Positions 36,883 to 50,747 of a stretch of 64,000 nt of DNA are shown piece after piece (within the stretch, counting starts at the first letter, position 1; the number at the start of each line of letters is the position of its first letter). The stretch spans positions 30,752,001-30,816,000 of the forward strand of contig NC_043012.1 of NCBI RefSeq assembly GCF_006345805.1. Reading direction: 5' to 3'. Source of the DNA: Octopus sinensis. Its lineage: Eukaryota. Position numbers and translations under genes: made by a program. The notes under the pieces were generated by a model. It worked only from the letters and a program-made list of their open reading frames with translations. It made no database searches and was not told the origin of the DNA.

Positions 36883-37254
36883 ACCTCAGTGAACCGAACT
36901 CGGTGAACCGGATTTACCCTGAATGACTTCACAATGATATCCATTCCATCTTGTTATAATATCAGAAATCTCCTTCTGGATTTCCCTCAGTCATGCAATT
37001 CTGTTTTGATAAAAAGATAATTTGGTTCGGGAGTTCTTCATTTACAGATTGAGAAGAAAGGTAGAAGAGTTGAGCCAACATTCATCGCGAGATAAATCAT
37101 CTCCTGTTTCACATTTACCTAGTAACAGTTAACAGTTATGCCTTCAAGAATACATACATATGTGTGTGTGTGTGTGTACACACATATGTATGTATATGTG
37201 TGTCTAGAAATGTGTATATTAATAGTATGCATGTACATACATAGTTATATAAAT

Positions 37255-37259
37255 GTATC

Positions 37260-37306
<47 letters not shown>

Positions 37307-37315
37307 CTCTCTCTC

Positions 37316-37396
<81 letters not shown>

Positions 37397-37420
37397 TATA
37401 TATATATATATATATATATG
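37255..37420. repeat. Compound (CTAT)n(CT)n(TA)n microsatellite
   Basis: Direct reading. Confidence 0.95.
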
Positions 37421-37499
37421 CATATTGTATGTGTGTGTATGTTTGCATATGTGTGCATATATGGGTGTGTGCAAACATGAGTATGTAAATAGAAACAGC

Positions 37500-38830
37500 T
37501 TACTCGTGCAAGTGCAGTCAGTAAAAAAACTCCGTATACCTGATATCAGGTTTCAAGGGTCATCGAGAGAGAACGTGCACCGCCTCTCCTCAACGGCTTT
37601 AAAGTGCATTCTCTCCCGACTAATGCTTGACCCTATCTACTGGATCGACGGACTATTATTCGGTCTTAAGTCCAATTCAGGATCGTCAATGCCATTCAAA
37701 TTGCGGTGTTGCGTAGACTTGCCAGATAGGCAAAGAGGCACCTTTGCCAGGTTTCGTCGTTCCTTTTCAGCCATATCCAATGTTTGGCTCTCTCAACGGT
37801 CGCTTGGGTCTCTTTCAATATGGCGTTTGCTTTACGATGATTGACACAAACTGATAGCAGCCATGCTCTCAGCCTGGTTCCAATAAAGCTTCTACATTCT
37901 ACAAGAAAGCCTACAGCACTCTAACCAGCCTCTAACCAGCCTCTAAACAGTCCTCTAGCATCTCACGAGACTCGTCTTCCTCTACCTAAGCCGCATCTAT
38001 TGTCTTAAGTTCCTCACATCCTATTCTTATATTTGGCTGATTCTTTGTTGCTAATGGAAAGCGACGATCACACACTACGATAATTGCTGCTTCCCAAGCT
38101 CCATCCCACTTCTTGTTTTTCACAGTTTTCTCCTCTTTTGCGAAACCATCATGATAAACCGTTTACTGTTATCATTCTGAAGTTTCTTTCCACTATTGAT
38201 CATTTCCATCCGCTTCTAAACAGCATTATATAGAAATTTGAGGGCTTCATTGTGTCTGCAGGAATGTGTATACATTCAGCGCCATGGAGCATTTAGATAG
38301 AATATGCATTAGCGTGCCAACTTTTCCGCATCGGCATTTGTTGTCATTCGCTGTTTTCCATCTCCACATATTGCGTGGGGATGGCAGCACATCACAAGTA
38401 GCCGGAAGCGGAAGCTTAAACGTGATGTGTTCCAACTCCAGATCTCATTTTAACACATCTTCCGTTCAATAACCATTTCTTCTCATTTGGTCACGTGACC
38501 TTGTTGAGAGCACTGAATCAAATGCTGTTCTCTTTTCTCTGATTCTTTAGCTTTAATACAACCACTTGAGTGCGGTTCTGCACTTCCTCTGCGTCAGCGT
38601 CGAAAGTGGTTTAAATGGATTACAACCAATCCACTTCCGATCACTTCCAATGACTCCAACAATATCCCGGTGTTCAAGGCCGTCTCCCGACGCATCGCTT
38701 CAGCGCTTCTTGACCATTCACCCATTAGAGAAAATACAAGTGGTTCCATTCTTCAGTAAATAGTACAGTGCAGTCCCATTGGCAAAGGAAACTGCGAAGA
38801 AAATATTTTTTCTGAGGATCGGTCACACAC
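37500..38830 (-). pseudogene. HERO-type (R2 group, RLE) non-LTR retrotransposon 3' portion
   Basis: ITFKLPLPATCDVLPSPRNMWRW...CRCGKVGTLMHILSKCSMAL (CCHC knuckle region) and the C-terminal ERAKHWIWLKRNDETW motif; decayed. Confidence 0.8.
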
Positions 38831-38972
38831 AATGCAACGTTCCGTCAGATTTTCCGTCTCGCTTCGCCGCACAAAAGAATAGTATGGAATGGGTGTGTTT
38901 ACATTCTTATTTAAACCACAGTGATAATACATAATGTTTGTTCACACATACACACACTCACTATATATATAT

Positions 38973-39009
<37 letters not shown>

Positions 39010-39010
39010 G

Positions 39011-39065
<55 letters not shown>

Positions 39066-39470
39066 CATGTAGAGAGAGAAAAGAGAAGAGAGAGACAGAG
39101 AGACAGAGAGGGAGGTGGTATGAATATATCTTTGCAGATGTAAGTGCGTAGTGATACGCACACACATGCCTGCCTACTTACATACACACATACATACAGT
39201 TCGCTAGATGTTTGTCATCCAGCCACGAAGCATCCGAGTTATAATGTCTACTGCAGCTGTCGAAACACAGACAAATTATGCAAATATTTCAGTTAAGTCA
39301 CGTGGTAGGAGCTCAAGCGTGCCTTCTTAACAAAATATACTAAAGTGCCATCTGTTGGAAATTATGTGAACAACGAGTCGCTTTATATATGTTATCATGG
39401 CCGCCAGCAGATATATTACACGCACACCAACTGATATTAGCATGTATACATACATATATACAAGCATAAG

Positions 39471-39517
<47 letters not shown>

Positions 39518-39519
39518 AT

Positions 39520-39570
<51 letters not shown>

Positions 39571-39613
39571 TATGTGTATGTATATATATATATATATGCA
39601 TGAATGTATAAAT

Positions 39614-39653
<40 letters not shown>

Positions 39654-39890
39654 TTGTATATGTGTTCTTTGTGTATGCGTGTGTGTGGTGTGTGTGGTGT
39701 GTGTGTGTGTGTATGTGTGTGTGTGTGACGGAGCGTGCTTAGGCTTGCAGAATGTGCTATGATACTATTAATATCAAGAATAGAGTGACGTTTCGAAGAA
39801 TAAAGAATGGAGTCAGCTTTGTTAAATTTCACCTGTAGGTGACCACCACCCCTCTCGGCCTTGTCCCACAAAATCTTTATATATCTTTAG

Positions 39891-39938
39891 CTACGACTTT
39901 CAGCTGAATTCTGTCCAGAAAAGAACATGAGCCTCAGG
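39891..39938 (+). CDS. Candidate 48-nt exon (LRLSAEFCPEKNMSLR)
   Basis: Acceptor atctttatatatctttag, donor CAGG|gtaaga; phase 0-0 open. Confidence 0.22.
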
Positions 39939-40579
39939 GTAAGAAATTCTAGAGGCCACGAGCTAGAATGTTTATTGTACATTACCCTACACGCTTCATG
40001 TTTAATTCCCGCGCGTGGGAGATTCTATGGGTTGCTTGTGGAATATACTACAAATGGCAACCAAGTTTCAAGTTACACCGCATCATCTTATGAAAGTCAC
40101 TCGGTGTTCAACGTTAGAATAACTTTGATCGTATATCTACAAGATTAAATGTAGTATGGGAGCAATGTAGCCCACGAAAGTACTCCTCGATATAGATTCA
40201 GGAACCTGTGCATGCGCGTGTGTTTAATGCAAATTATATAGTCAGGGTTTCATATCTGTACCCGAAGTTCCTTCTCAAAGGAGTTGTCTCTGTAACATAA
40301 AATTTACCTGTAAGCCAAACTAAATAATGTTCTCCTATGGAAACTCTCTCGTGTAAATCGGTGTATAAATGTTTGGTGCCGTTTATAGTCAAAGTTCAAA
40401 GAGAACCAACTCTGGAGAGTTTTTTTAAAATTTTTTCATTTGCCTTTAACAACAGACAACATATATTTTCTCACGCATTGTCAGTCAATAATCGATAACG
40501 AAAATCGGACACACGTACACACTCCACCGAACATACACACATCCATATACACCTACATGCACACACTTTTGATGGCTGT

Positions 40580-40639
<60 letters not shown>

Positions 40640-41115
40640 TATAGACACACACGCTCAAATATAAGTTGAAAGCAGCTCTCGGGGTATAAACAATATCGAA
40701 CACATACAAAATGTATGTATTTTGCTAGTTCGTAGGTAGGCTGCGCTTATAAGCGTAGGCGAACATATTCTTTTCTCTTCTGCCTGGTGTTAAAACACCT
40801 GGAAGTCATAGACAGGCGAGACAACTCGCATTAGATCCCATTCAGGAACGAGAGATAATTGATGTTTTGTCATTTTTGTGACTTGTCAATACCGTGTATT
40901 CGAAACGAATTTCGATGCAAGCTAAATTGCCGTCTATGACTATAAGAACCATTCGCTGGTATGTCACAACCTTTGATACTACGGAAAAAAATTCAAGTAT
41001 GAGATAAAAGCAACTCGAGAGATGGGTGCTTTAACACTAGGCGCACGAAGAAGATACATAAAAGCCGACGATTTAGCAAACACATGCCTTGTGTATGTGT
41101 GTTCGACATTGTGTA

Positions 41116-41179
<64 letters not shown>

Positions 41180-41554
41180 CATGCACGCGCGCGCGCATAC
41201 ACACATACCTGGATATTATAGGATTATAAGCCATCATAACAACACGAGTATTTCAGTCCGATACCTATTTATCGATTCCTGCTTCACAGACCACCATGTT
41301 ACTGTAAATAAACTGAAGCACCATAGCGAACACGACACCAGGTTTCTGTACCAATGTACACATTAACATGCACCTGTATATACACACATATATACACACC
41401 TACGCAGGAATATATAATGTATCTGAATATCAGAAGGTAATATGCGTGCATCTACGCCCGTCTACAAATGTGCATATGAAAATATGTGGGTTTTTATGTT
41501 GCTGCGGGAATTGTATACATGTGCTTACCGTATGTATGAACAAAGGAATACCGC

Positions 41555-41602
<48 letters not shown>

Positions 41603-41828
41603 TATATATATATACATACATATGTGCATGTGTATGTGCGATGTATAATTGTATTTATGTACTTATGTATACATATCTATATTCATATATATAAATATAT
41701 GTGCGTGTATATATATATATATATGTGTGTGTGTGTGCTTATGTATACATATGCATGTATCAATGCATTTATGTGTGTGTTAGTGTATGTCTAGGAATGG
41801 TTTGTTTATAAGTCATTCCTCCACCAAC

Positions 41829-41912
41829 CTGTCTCAGTTCAAAGGAAAAGCTCTTCAGAAGCTGACAGTTTTTCAGTTGAAATTGTTGTTGCTGCTGCAA
41901 TTGCCGCTGTTG
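41829..41912 (-). CDS. Candidate 84-nt exon (QQRQLQQQQQFQLKNCQLLKSFSFELRQ)
   Basis: Strong acceptor ctgctttctatgtttattttccag, donor ACAG|gttggt; only the phase-0 frame is open. Confidence 0.33.
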
Positions 41913-42029
41913 CTGGAAAATAAACATAGAAAGCAGCAGTGTAGATGTTGCTGCAACTAAAGGAGATGGACACAGTTTGCGTTTTGTTCGCCTAGAATTC
42001 AGAAGCAGACGAATGTAAAGCTTCTTGTG

Positions 42030-42900
42030 GAGTGTATAACTCGGCAAGTGGGGCCAACCAGTGAGGAGGCAGGAGATGAAGACGAAGCTGTGAACCAACG
42101 GCAGATAGACGAGCCATCGGAAGCGGGGTCGGGGGAAACGAGAAGCTATCGGTGTAGCAAGCGATAACGAAGGGGCAACGAGCTTACGAGGAAACCGTGA
42201 GATGACGCTGAAGTTAGGGGGGAAAAATGAAGGAATCACCAAGGTATAACGAAGGAGAGAAAGAAAGGAAAAGCTAAGAGTTGAGCACGCGATAACGAGA
42301 ATATTAAGAGTTGATGAATGAATCAATAGTTAAGGAGGGTGGCGGGCGGGAGAAGGAGATAGCGAGGGAGAAATGAGCTAACGAAGTGCAGACCGACAAG
42401 ATAACGAGGAAACAATGAACTTATGACAAAGTCGTGAGTTAACCTAACGAGGAGGCAACGAGGAGGCAACGACGGAGATGATGAGGGTCAAAAGAATTAT
42501 GAATGAACACATAACGGGCGGTGGGGAGTCAAGAAGCTAACGTAAGAAGAGCTACGAGCTAATTACGAATTAACGAGTTAATTAGTGAAGAAAGGAACAC
42601 GTGATTGCAGAGGAGCTAACTTATAAGTCACTAGGTAACGGGTGAGATACAAGATAATGAAAAGCATCGAACTAAAGAGCCATGGCTAACTTGGGAGTCA
42701 CGGATTAACACAGTCGCAACCACAAGATAAGGAGTTACCTGCTAATGAGGGAAGGACGGAATAATGTAGGAGTTACCAGCTAAGTGAGGACCCACGAACC
42801 CACGAGGATTTGAGGGGAAGGCTGGATAGCCACGAGGTACCTAAAACACTTAAAGTTAACGAGGGAACTACAAGTTAAAGTGTAAGCATCCACGTCCCTC
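42030..42900. other. Purine-skewed segment with dispersed (T/C)AACGAG motifs
   Basis: More than 15 copies of taacga/caacga/cacgag-type words; A+G-rich plus strand; not a regular tandem repeat. Confidence 0.7.
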
Positions 42901-43093
42901 GATCTGCTAGAAATAGAAGCCTGAAATCAGATCTTACCAAAAGAAAGAAAGATTTGATATTAAGCAGCGATGTACTCGAGGAAGAGGCAGATTATATTTC
43001 TGAATTATGATCTAATTGAACTTGTAATTTGAGCATTTCAGCTTGAGAAACGTGTGATGTATTTAACAATAATTGTTCGTTCCTATCATTCAT

Positions 43094-43500
43094 AGGCGCA
43101 GGCGTTGCTGTGTGGTAAGAAGCTTGCTTTCCAACCACATGGTTCCGGGTTCAGTCCCGCTGCGTGGCACCTTGAGCAAGTGTCTTCTAATATAGCCTTG
43201 GCCCGACCAAAGCCTTGTGAATGGATTTGGTAGATGGAAACTGAAAGAAGCTGTCGCACATATATATGTATCTATCTATGTGTGTGTGTGTGTCTTTGTG
43301 TCTGTGTTTGTCACCCCATCAACATTTTACAACCAGTATTGGCGTGTTTACGACCCCGTAACTTAGCGGTTCAGCAAAAGAAACTAATAGAATAAGCACT
43401 AGGCTAATAGTATAGTCTACTAGAATAGAACTAATAGAACTAATAGAATAAGTCGGTGCTCCAGCATGACCGCAGCTAAATGACTGAAACAAGTATAAGA
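43094..43500 (+). mobile_element. SINE family A, full length
   Basis: Head aggcgcaggcgttgctgtgtggtaag through tail gctccagcatgaccgcagctaaatgactgaaacaagta. Confidence 0.92.
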
Positions 43501-43889
43501 ATGTGTTTATTCATCGCATACCATGAAACGTAAGTTGCTATTGAAAGTCGAAAAATGGTAATCAAAGGAACCTAACAATCCAGCTGATTAGTTTATTGAT
43601 CAAGTAATTAATCAACCAATTAGTTAATAGGCTAATAGGTTAGCAAGTAGTAGTAGGAGTGATAGTAGTAGTAGCGGTCATAATGATATAACAACAACAA
43701 GAATAACAACAATAAATAATGATTTCAAATTTCGGTACAATGTTACCAATTTCGGGGGTAGGGGTGGATCGACTCCCGTAATCAATTGGGTAATTATATT
43801 ATCCACCCCGAAAGGATAAAAAGCAAAGGCGACTTCAGCGGAATACTGATAATAATAATTATAATAATGATAATAATAATAATAAGCTT

Positions 43890-44824
43890 AATGAAATATC
43901 TAGCCCAAAGTAAGGAAACCTTGCTAGTGATAGTTAGGAACGAAGGAGAAAAAAGGGAAAACAAAGAAGAAGTACAAAAAGGACATGAAGAAGCATTACG
44001 CAACAAGGGACTACAGAATCAATTACACAAAGCCACAGCAGAAGTTGCTGGAAAAATAGGTGGGATTGGCTGATGAAAGTAAAGCTAAATTAAGAGACCG
44101 AGATCACTATACTGGCAGCACAGACCAATCTTTGGCCACGAATTGGACGGTCAGTCTTAGGAATGGGCAAGTGACTCCGCTGTGTTGCATCTGTGATAGA
44201 GTGAATGAAACCATTTCCATATCATGAACGAATGCTCTAGACTTGCCCAAACCACTACATGTTGTGGCGAACGAACAGGTAACGAAAGTTCTGCATTAGA
44301 AACTACGAAAAATGGGGGATAGAGAGAGGCAAGACGTGGTATGAGCACAAACCCAGAGAGTGGCAGAGTCGGAGACTAGCAAGATTCTCTGGGATTTCCC
44401 AATCCAAACAGATCAGGTGTTAGAGCATAACAGACTGGACCTAGTGGTGGTGGACAAGGGGCACCACATATGCTGTACAGTTGATGTTGCATGCCCCTTT
44501 GACCCACGAATAGTCAATAAGGAAGTAAAAAAAAAAAGATCAATACAACCCTCTTAAGCAGGAAATAGCCCGGTCATGGAAAACGAAGAAGGTGAAGATA
44601 GTGCCAATTGTTGTTGGGTCCTTGGGGACATCAAGAGGAATATAAACGAAATTGGAATAGAGTGCCAAGCAGAACTGTTACAAAAGGTTTGGCACGGCCA
44701 GAATAATCAGGAAAGTACCAGACAGCTAAAAAGAACGCTTAGTATGGTACCGTAGGCTGCAGGCAGCAAGACCGTTACGCATGCAAGACTCATGGAGTTC
44801 CAACAAAACTTGTGATAAAAACAA

Positions 44825-44825
<1 letters not shown>
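43890..44825 (+). pseudogene. R4/Dong-type retrotransposon 3' end (CCHC knuckle, restriction-like endonuclease, 3' UTR)
   Basis: KRETE..ILAAQ, C.ICD..NETI.H....C, KILWDFPIQTDQVLEHNRLDLVVVDK, VDVACPFD, VPIVVGSLG; (AAT)n on both sides. Confidence 0.9.
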
Positions 44826-44910
<85 letters not shown>

Positions 44911-44935
44911 TAATAATAATAATTATTATAATGAA
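44825..44935. repeat. (AAT)n tail/target
   Basis: Direct reading. Confidence 0.95.
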
Positions 44936-44954
44936 ATGTAACGATTTTTTTTGA

Positions 44955-45245
44955 CTTTCCAATATGTACAGACCTGACCATCAAAACAAATAAACCAGAT
45001 ATTGAAGTGAAAGACCAAAACAATAAAGTGTGTTAATTGATTGACATGACCATACCCTGTGGCAAAAGAATTTGATATGCTCATAAAATATAAAGATTTG
45101 GTGATCGAAATCGGAAAGATGTGGCATCTCATGGCGGTTGCAACACCAGTGATTGTAGGAGCCCTTGGAATGATCAACAAAGGAATTTAAAATCATTTAA
45201 GAATGATCCCTGGCTTACCATCCATACAGGAAGTACAAAAGATTG
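44955..45245 (+). pseudogene. Second R4/Dong-type RLE domain fragment (different subfamily)
   Basis: FPICTDLTIKTNKPDI..KD....LIDMTIP...KYKDLVIEIGKMW..PVIVGALGMI....GLPSIQEVQKI. Confidence 0.85.
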
Positions 45246-45949
45246 ACTTTTCTTTATTTAATTTTTTATTCCTATTTTTCCCCTTTTTCTCTGCCTTTCT
45301 TCCCCTTTTTTCTATTACATGTCTTTGTAAATGAGCAATCTGGTGTGTTTATTTTAATGGCCTACCAGTGTATACAGTGAGTGTCGTCTCTGCCCTAGGT
45401 GTCTAGAAGACACTCGGCAAGAAATGGAAGCAGAATTGAAAGAAGATAATAATGATAATAATAAGAAACAGAGGAGGAGGAAAAAAGAAAACGAAGAAAA
45501 AGAATTACAAGAGTCCCCTTCCACCACCATCGTATATATTGAGTATACCATTGATATAACGGGACCAGATATGATTATAGAAGACAAAATAAACAAAAAC
45601 TGAAAGATGAAAGACTTCGGAAAAACAAATGAGAACAAATGAAACGAAGAAATAAAATTGAGAAAAGTGAAGAGATTTTGGAAGATGAACATTTGTGATT
45701 TGATAATAAACGCTCTTGGCACAACGCAAAAATCAACACTTTTAGAATGTGAAGAATGCTGGAATCGAGACACGCATTCCCTACCTGTAAAAGAAGGAAA
45801 TGTACCATTCTGTAATCTATAAGAATACTAAAATCATGAATTTGAAGAAATTCGTTGTTTCGAAGCTTCAAAACAAACATCCCAACTAACACAGTATCTG
45901 CTACAACAACAACAGCAGCAACAACAACTGCTACTACTATACTATAGGC

Positions 45950-46120
45950 TCAAGGCCTGAAAGCTTTTGCTGAGTACCAGTACTAAATTGGTACTTATTT
46001 CACTGACCACGAAAAGATGATAAGAAAATTAGACCTTGTTGGAATTTGAACTCAAGACGTGAAGACGGCTGAAATACATCTAAGCATTTTGTCCGGCGTG
46101 CAAACAATTCTGCCAGCTCA
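45950..46120 (-). mobile_element. SINE family B, degenerate
   Basis: ttggtacttatt...gaatttgaactc...taagcattttgtccggcgtgc...ctgccagctc. Confidence 0.75.
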
Positions 46121-46186
46121 ATAATACAACACCGATAATAGTAATAATAATAATAATAACAACAACAACAACAACAACATCATCAA

Positions 46187-46270
<84 letters not shown>

Positions 46271-46275
46271 CTAAT

Positions 46276-46800
46276 AAAATGCCCTGATGCAGTACCAGGC
46301 AGTGGCTCTCATGGCTTCTGATTTTTAATGATGTGAAGTGCTATCATGGTCATGTCCTGTCTTAGTATAAAAGATGGGCTGCAGCAAATAATCTGCTTGA
46401 CCAAAAAACCAGTTGAGTATGTCCCTTAGTGGCTAACCATTTGTGCATCCCTGACCACGAACAGAACTAGTGGGGGAGATTCATAGTCATGTGTAGAGAG
46501 GAATTCTTTGGAGTCTGAATAATACACCTCTGGAAACATGGATATTTCGTTGAACATCCTTAAACAACCCTTCTTCAGGAACCTTTTGATCGGAAAGGAT
46601 TACTCGATTCTAACTGGGCCCTACCCGCAAGGTCATACGCAGTTTATCTTGATACGAGATCACCATGTCGCGCACAAATGGTTGCAATGCTTGTGCCTAG
46701 TGTACCTTTATCAGAGGGATAGTCATGATGGGTATACTGGAATTTGTATATTTGGACCCCAATGTCATTTTGGTGGCATGCATTGCTCTCTCACTCAATA
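46276..46800 (+). mobile_element. ~530-bp AAT-associated interspersed repeat, copy 2
   Basis: Homologous to 35522-36068; preceded by AAT/CAT/CAA repeats and followed by AAT. Confidence 0.85.
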
Positions 46801-46819
46801 ATGATAGTGATCCTTTATT

Positions 46820-47015
46820 CTATAGGCAAAAGGCCTGAAATTTTGTGGGAGGGGACCAGCAGATTAGAAAGACCCCTGCGTTCAATTGCCCTTATTTTAT
46901 CGACGCCTAAAGGATGAAAGGCAAAGCCAACCACGGCAGCATTTGAACTCAGAACGTAACATCGAGTGAAAAACGGCTAAGCGCTTTGCCCGGAGTGCTA
47001 ACGATTCTGCCAGCT
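46820..47015 (-). mobile_element. SINE family B, degenerate
   Basis: ggatgaaaggcaaagcc..ccacggcagcatttgaactcagaacg...gctaacgattctgccagctc. Confidence 0.8.
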
Positions 47016-47036
47016 CACCACCATATTATTATTATT

Positions 47037-47072
<36 letters not shown>

Positions 47073-47087
47073 ATTATTATTATCATT

Positions 47088-47166
<79 letters not shown>

Positions 47167-47340
47167 TAGCTGGTGCGTTTGTTATTGGCAATATGACACT
47201 CCCAACATCTGTTTCAACATATGATTTCCCATCAAGAATCTTGCAAAACAAATATAAAAACGAAACATATAAATAGAAAAGTAATTATATTTTCTAATGG
47301 CAAAAGAAACAATCACCCAGGAATCTTATGTAACTTTCTA

Positions 47341-47374
<34 letters not shown>

Positions 47375-48740
47375 TACCGCGAATATTTTCGTGCTATCCC
47401 GTACAAGTTTTAGAATTCCGATTTTAATATATTTGTGAAGAATTTTTGCCTATATTTTACATTTTAATTAACATCTTCCCCTCAAAGCCATACCTTCCTC
47501 TCTACACCATCTTGTTTTACATTTAGACGTAGGTTCCCTTCCCTGTCACATCCGTCCCCCACCAAAATTATGCTTTTGTTCACCTTACATTATGAACACA
47601 CAAGGTCTACAAATTTGCAATTCATAACTGAGTTTTGTTATATGTATTTGAAAGTTACTCCTTTCTATATTCATGTGTATCTTTAAAGGAATTTTCATCG
47701 ATTGTTTTCGATTTTTGTCATATTTCTTTATTAGTCTCTCATATATATATATATATATATTACGTATATTAGGTGAAAACACCCAGGGAGTAGTGTTTGT
47801 TATAGTAAAGTGCAACATAAGGCGAAGAGAGTAGTTGACGTTTGGAGGCCAGCAGTTAGGCCATGGCTAACGAAAACATATTTAATTATAAATAGATATA
47901 AAACATTGTGTATGGTACACTAACCGCCACAAAAAGCATCGTTGGTTGATTAAGTTCATAGTTTATTTCTAATTATATGTTTTTATTGGAAGGTTCATGA
48001 AATTACAAGGTCAGATACATAAGGTTGTATCACATTTACACACACACACACATACGCGCGCATACACACTTATTATGCACATGTACACATCTTTCTCTGC
48101 GTATGTGTATATAATATATACATCAATACATCTGTCTGTTTATGTATGTATGCATCTGTCTGTCTATGCATGTATGTATGTATATATGCATGTATCCATC
48201 TGTCTATGTATGTATGTATGTATGTATGTATGTATGTATGTATGTATGTATGTATGTATGTATGTATGTATGTATCTGTCTGTCTGTCTGTCTATGATGG
48301 AGTCTCTTGTCGTGAACAACAAACGAGGGTGGTTCAGTATACAAAATGGTAATTCGGTTCTATGGACACTCAAATGTCTCTTGAGGCCTGTTGCAAATCT
48401 TTTGGCAAATAGAACAAGCTGAGGAGGACACAGTTTGCTGTGATAAAAAAAAAATGATCCTGCTTTGCTTCGTGCCACAAAACCACAATGATACATAAGA
48501 CATTGAGAGGAACAGCGTTCCTTAATGCTTGCACGAAGTTGGTGTCGGTGTTGGAGTCGACTTTGCTGAAATCTTCGAACTGATGAGAAACAGGACCAGC
48601 ACCAGCTCCTGCGTTCTGATGCTTTTTTTTTCGCAGAAAGAAAAGGGAATGTTGCATCGCTTCAGATTGTCTTTTAGTTTGTCTTTGAAGTGCAAGAGTG
48701 ACTTTCCAACTGACCATTTTGCTGGGAATTGGACAAAGAG

Positions 48741-48814
<74 letters not shown>

Positions 48815-48815
<1 letters not shown>

Positions 48816-48925
48816 CGACAGGCTTCTTTCCTTTTCCGCCTGCTAAATGCACTGATAAGGCTTTGGTCAGTCCGCGGCTGTAGTGAAATACTTTTTACCA
48901 AAGTACCATACAGCCACGCCTGCGA
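48815..48925 (-). mobile_element. SINE family A fragment
   Basis: acgacaggcttcttt...aaggctttggtcagtccgcggctgtag...ccaaagtacc. Confidence 0.6.
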
Positions 48926-49267
48926 TTTATGTGTGTGCGTGTGTGTGTGTGTGTGTGAGTGTGTGTGTGTGTGTGCATAACCAAACACATTCATCCTTGT
49001 CTCGGTACGTTGGCAACGAGGTAGAAATGTATCCAATGTTCTCGTTCGCTGCTACTGGCAGCAGTTTCATCTACCCACCACCACCACCACCACCGCCGAT
49101 ATATACACATTGTGGTTTTAAAAACACTGCGTCCATGTGAGATATTAGCTCCAGACGTATACCGCAGTGAATTTTGCTGATATCGATGGATTCACGTTAA
49201 GTGTGATAGATAAGTGGCTATTTTAATCTAATATTGCCTCTGTTGCAAGTAACGAATAATGTAGTAC

Positions 49268-49296
49268 ATGCATACATACATACATACATACATACA

Positions 49297-49328
<32 letters not shown>

Positions 49329-49329
49329 G

Positions 49330-49392
<63 letters not shown>

Positions 49393-49393
49393 A

Positions 49394-49427
<34 letters not shown>

Positions 49428-49470
49428 TGATAGATAGATAGATAGAAATAGATAGATAGATAGATAGAGT
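49268..49470. repeat. Compound (CATA)n(GATA)n microsatellite
   Basis: Direct reading. Confidence 0.95.
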
Positions 49471-49540
49471 GTATACACCCACGTATGTGAGGGGTGAGGT
49501 AGGGAGATAGAAGAGAAAAAGCATAGGTGTAGAGATAGAA

Positions 49541-49581
<41 letters not shown>

Positions 49582-50079
49582 GATAGAAAGAAACAGCTAG
49601 AAAGAGAACGAGAGAGAGTGAGAGGTCGATAGAATGTAATATAATATATGTCACTTCCATATGCCATATTTATTCTGGCGAGGCACGCTTCCATTAAGTG
49701 TGTCCTAACACGTTGAAACCAGCTTAAGTTGTGTAGCAAAGCAAGTTAAACATATATGAGAAGTAGTGGTAATAGCAGTGACGGTGCTGGTTGTGGTGGT
49801 GGTGGTGGTGATAGTCTTTAACTATTTATATAAAGAAGTAGGTGAATTGAATAAAACTCTCATTGCTCTTCCCCTAACGAAATCCCACGACCCATGCCTG
49901 TAAAAACATCAAATGCCTCCCTAATTGTGGCATGAAATATTTTTCTCGAGTTTAGAAAATGTACCTTTTTTTTGTTCTTGTTTTTCTTTCTTATTTCGTG
50001 TTTTGTTTTAAGTATTTTTGTGTCCCCGATATACATACGAACGCACTCATATATCTCAGCCAAACACACTCATATTTAC

Positions 50080-50157
<78 letters not shown>

Positions 50158-50473
50158 GTGTGTGTGTGTGTGCGCGTGTGTGTGTATGTATATATTCAAT
50201 GAAACTATGAATATATATATATACATATATATACATATATGTATAATGTTAGTATGTATAAATACATATACTCATATACAAAATTATACATATATATATA
50301 CACACATATATACATATACATATGTATATATATATAAACACATACATATACATATGTATATGTATATGTGTGCATGTGCATGCATATATATGTGTGTGTA
50401 TATATACGCATATATGTGTATATATATAACATATATATATATGTATGTATATATGTATATAGATACATATCTA

Positions 50474-50559
<86 letters not shown>

Positions 50560-50690
50560 AGATTTACCTTATCTCAGGTAAGCAGACGACAACAAGCGAC
50601 TAAAATGAAAACGGCCGTAAATCCGCAAGGGTGGGGAAGCGAATAAGAGAGGCAAAGGAGGAGAGAGGGAGAGAGCAAGATATAGAGTGA

Positions 50691-50747
<57 letters not shown>

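Noticed and set aside
48290-48420. C2H2 zinc-finger-like KRFATGLKRHLSVHRTELPFC
   Set aside because: No CxxC pair, and the F-to-L spacing is 3 rather than 5; probably chance
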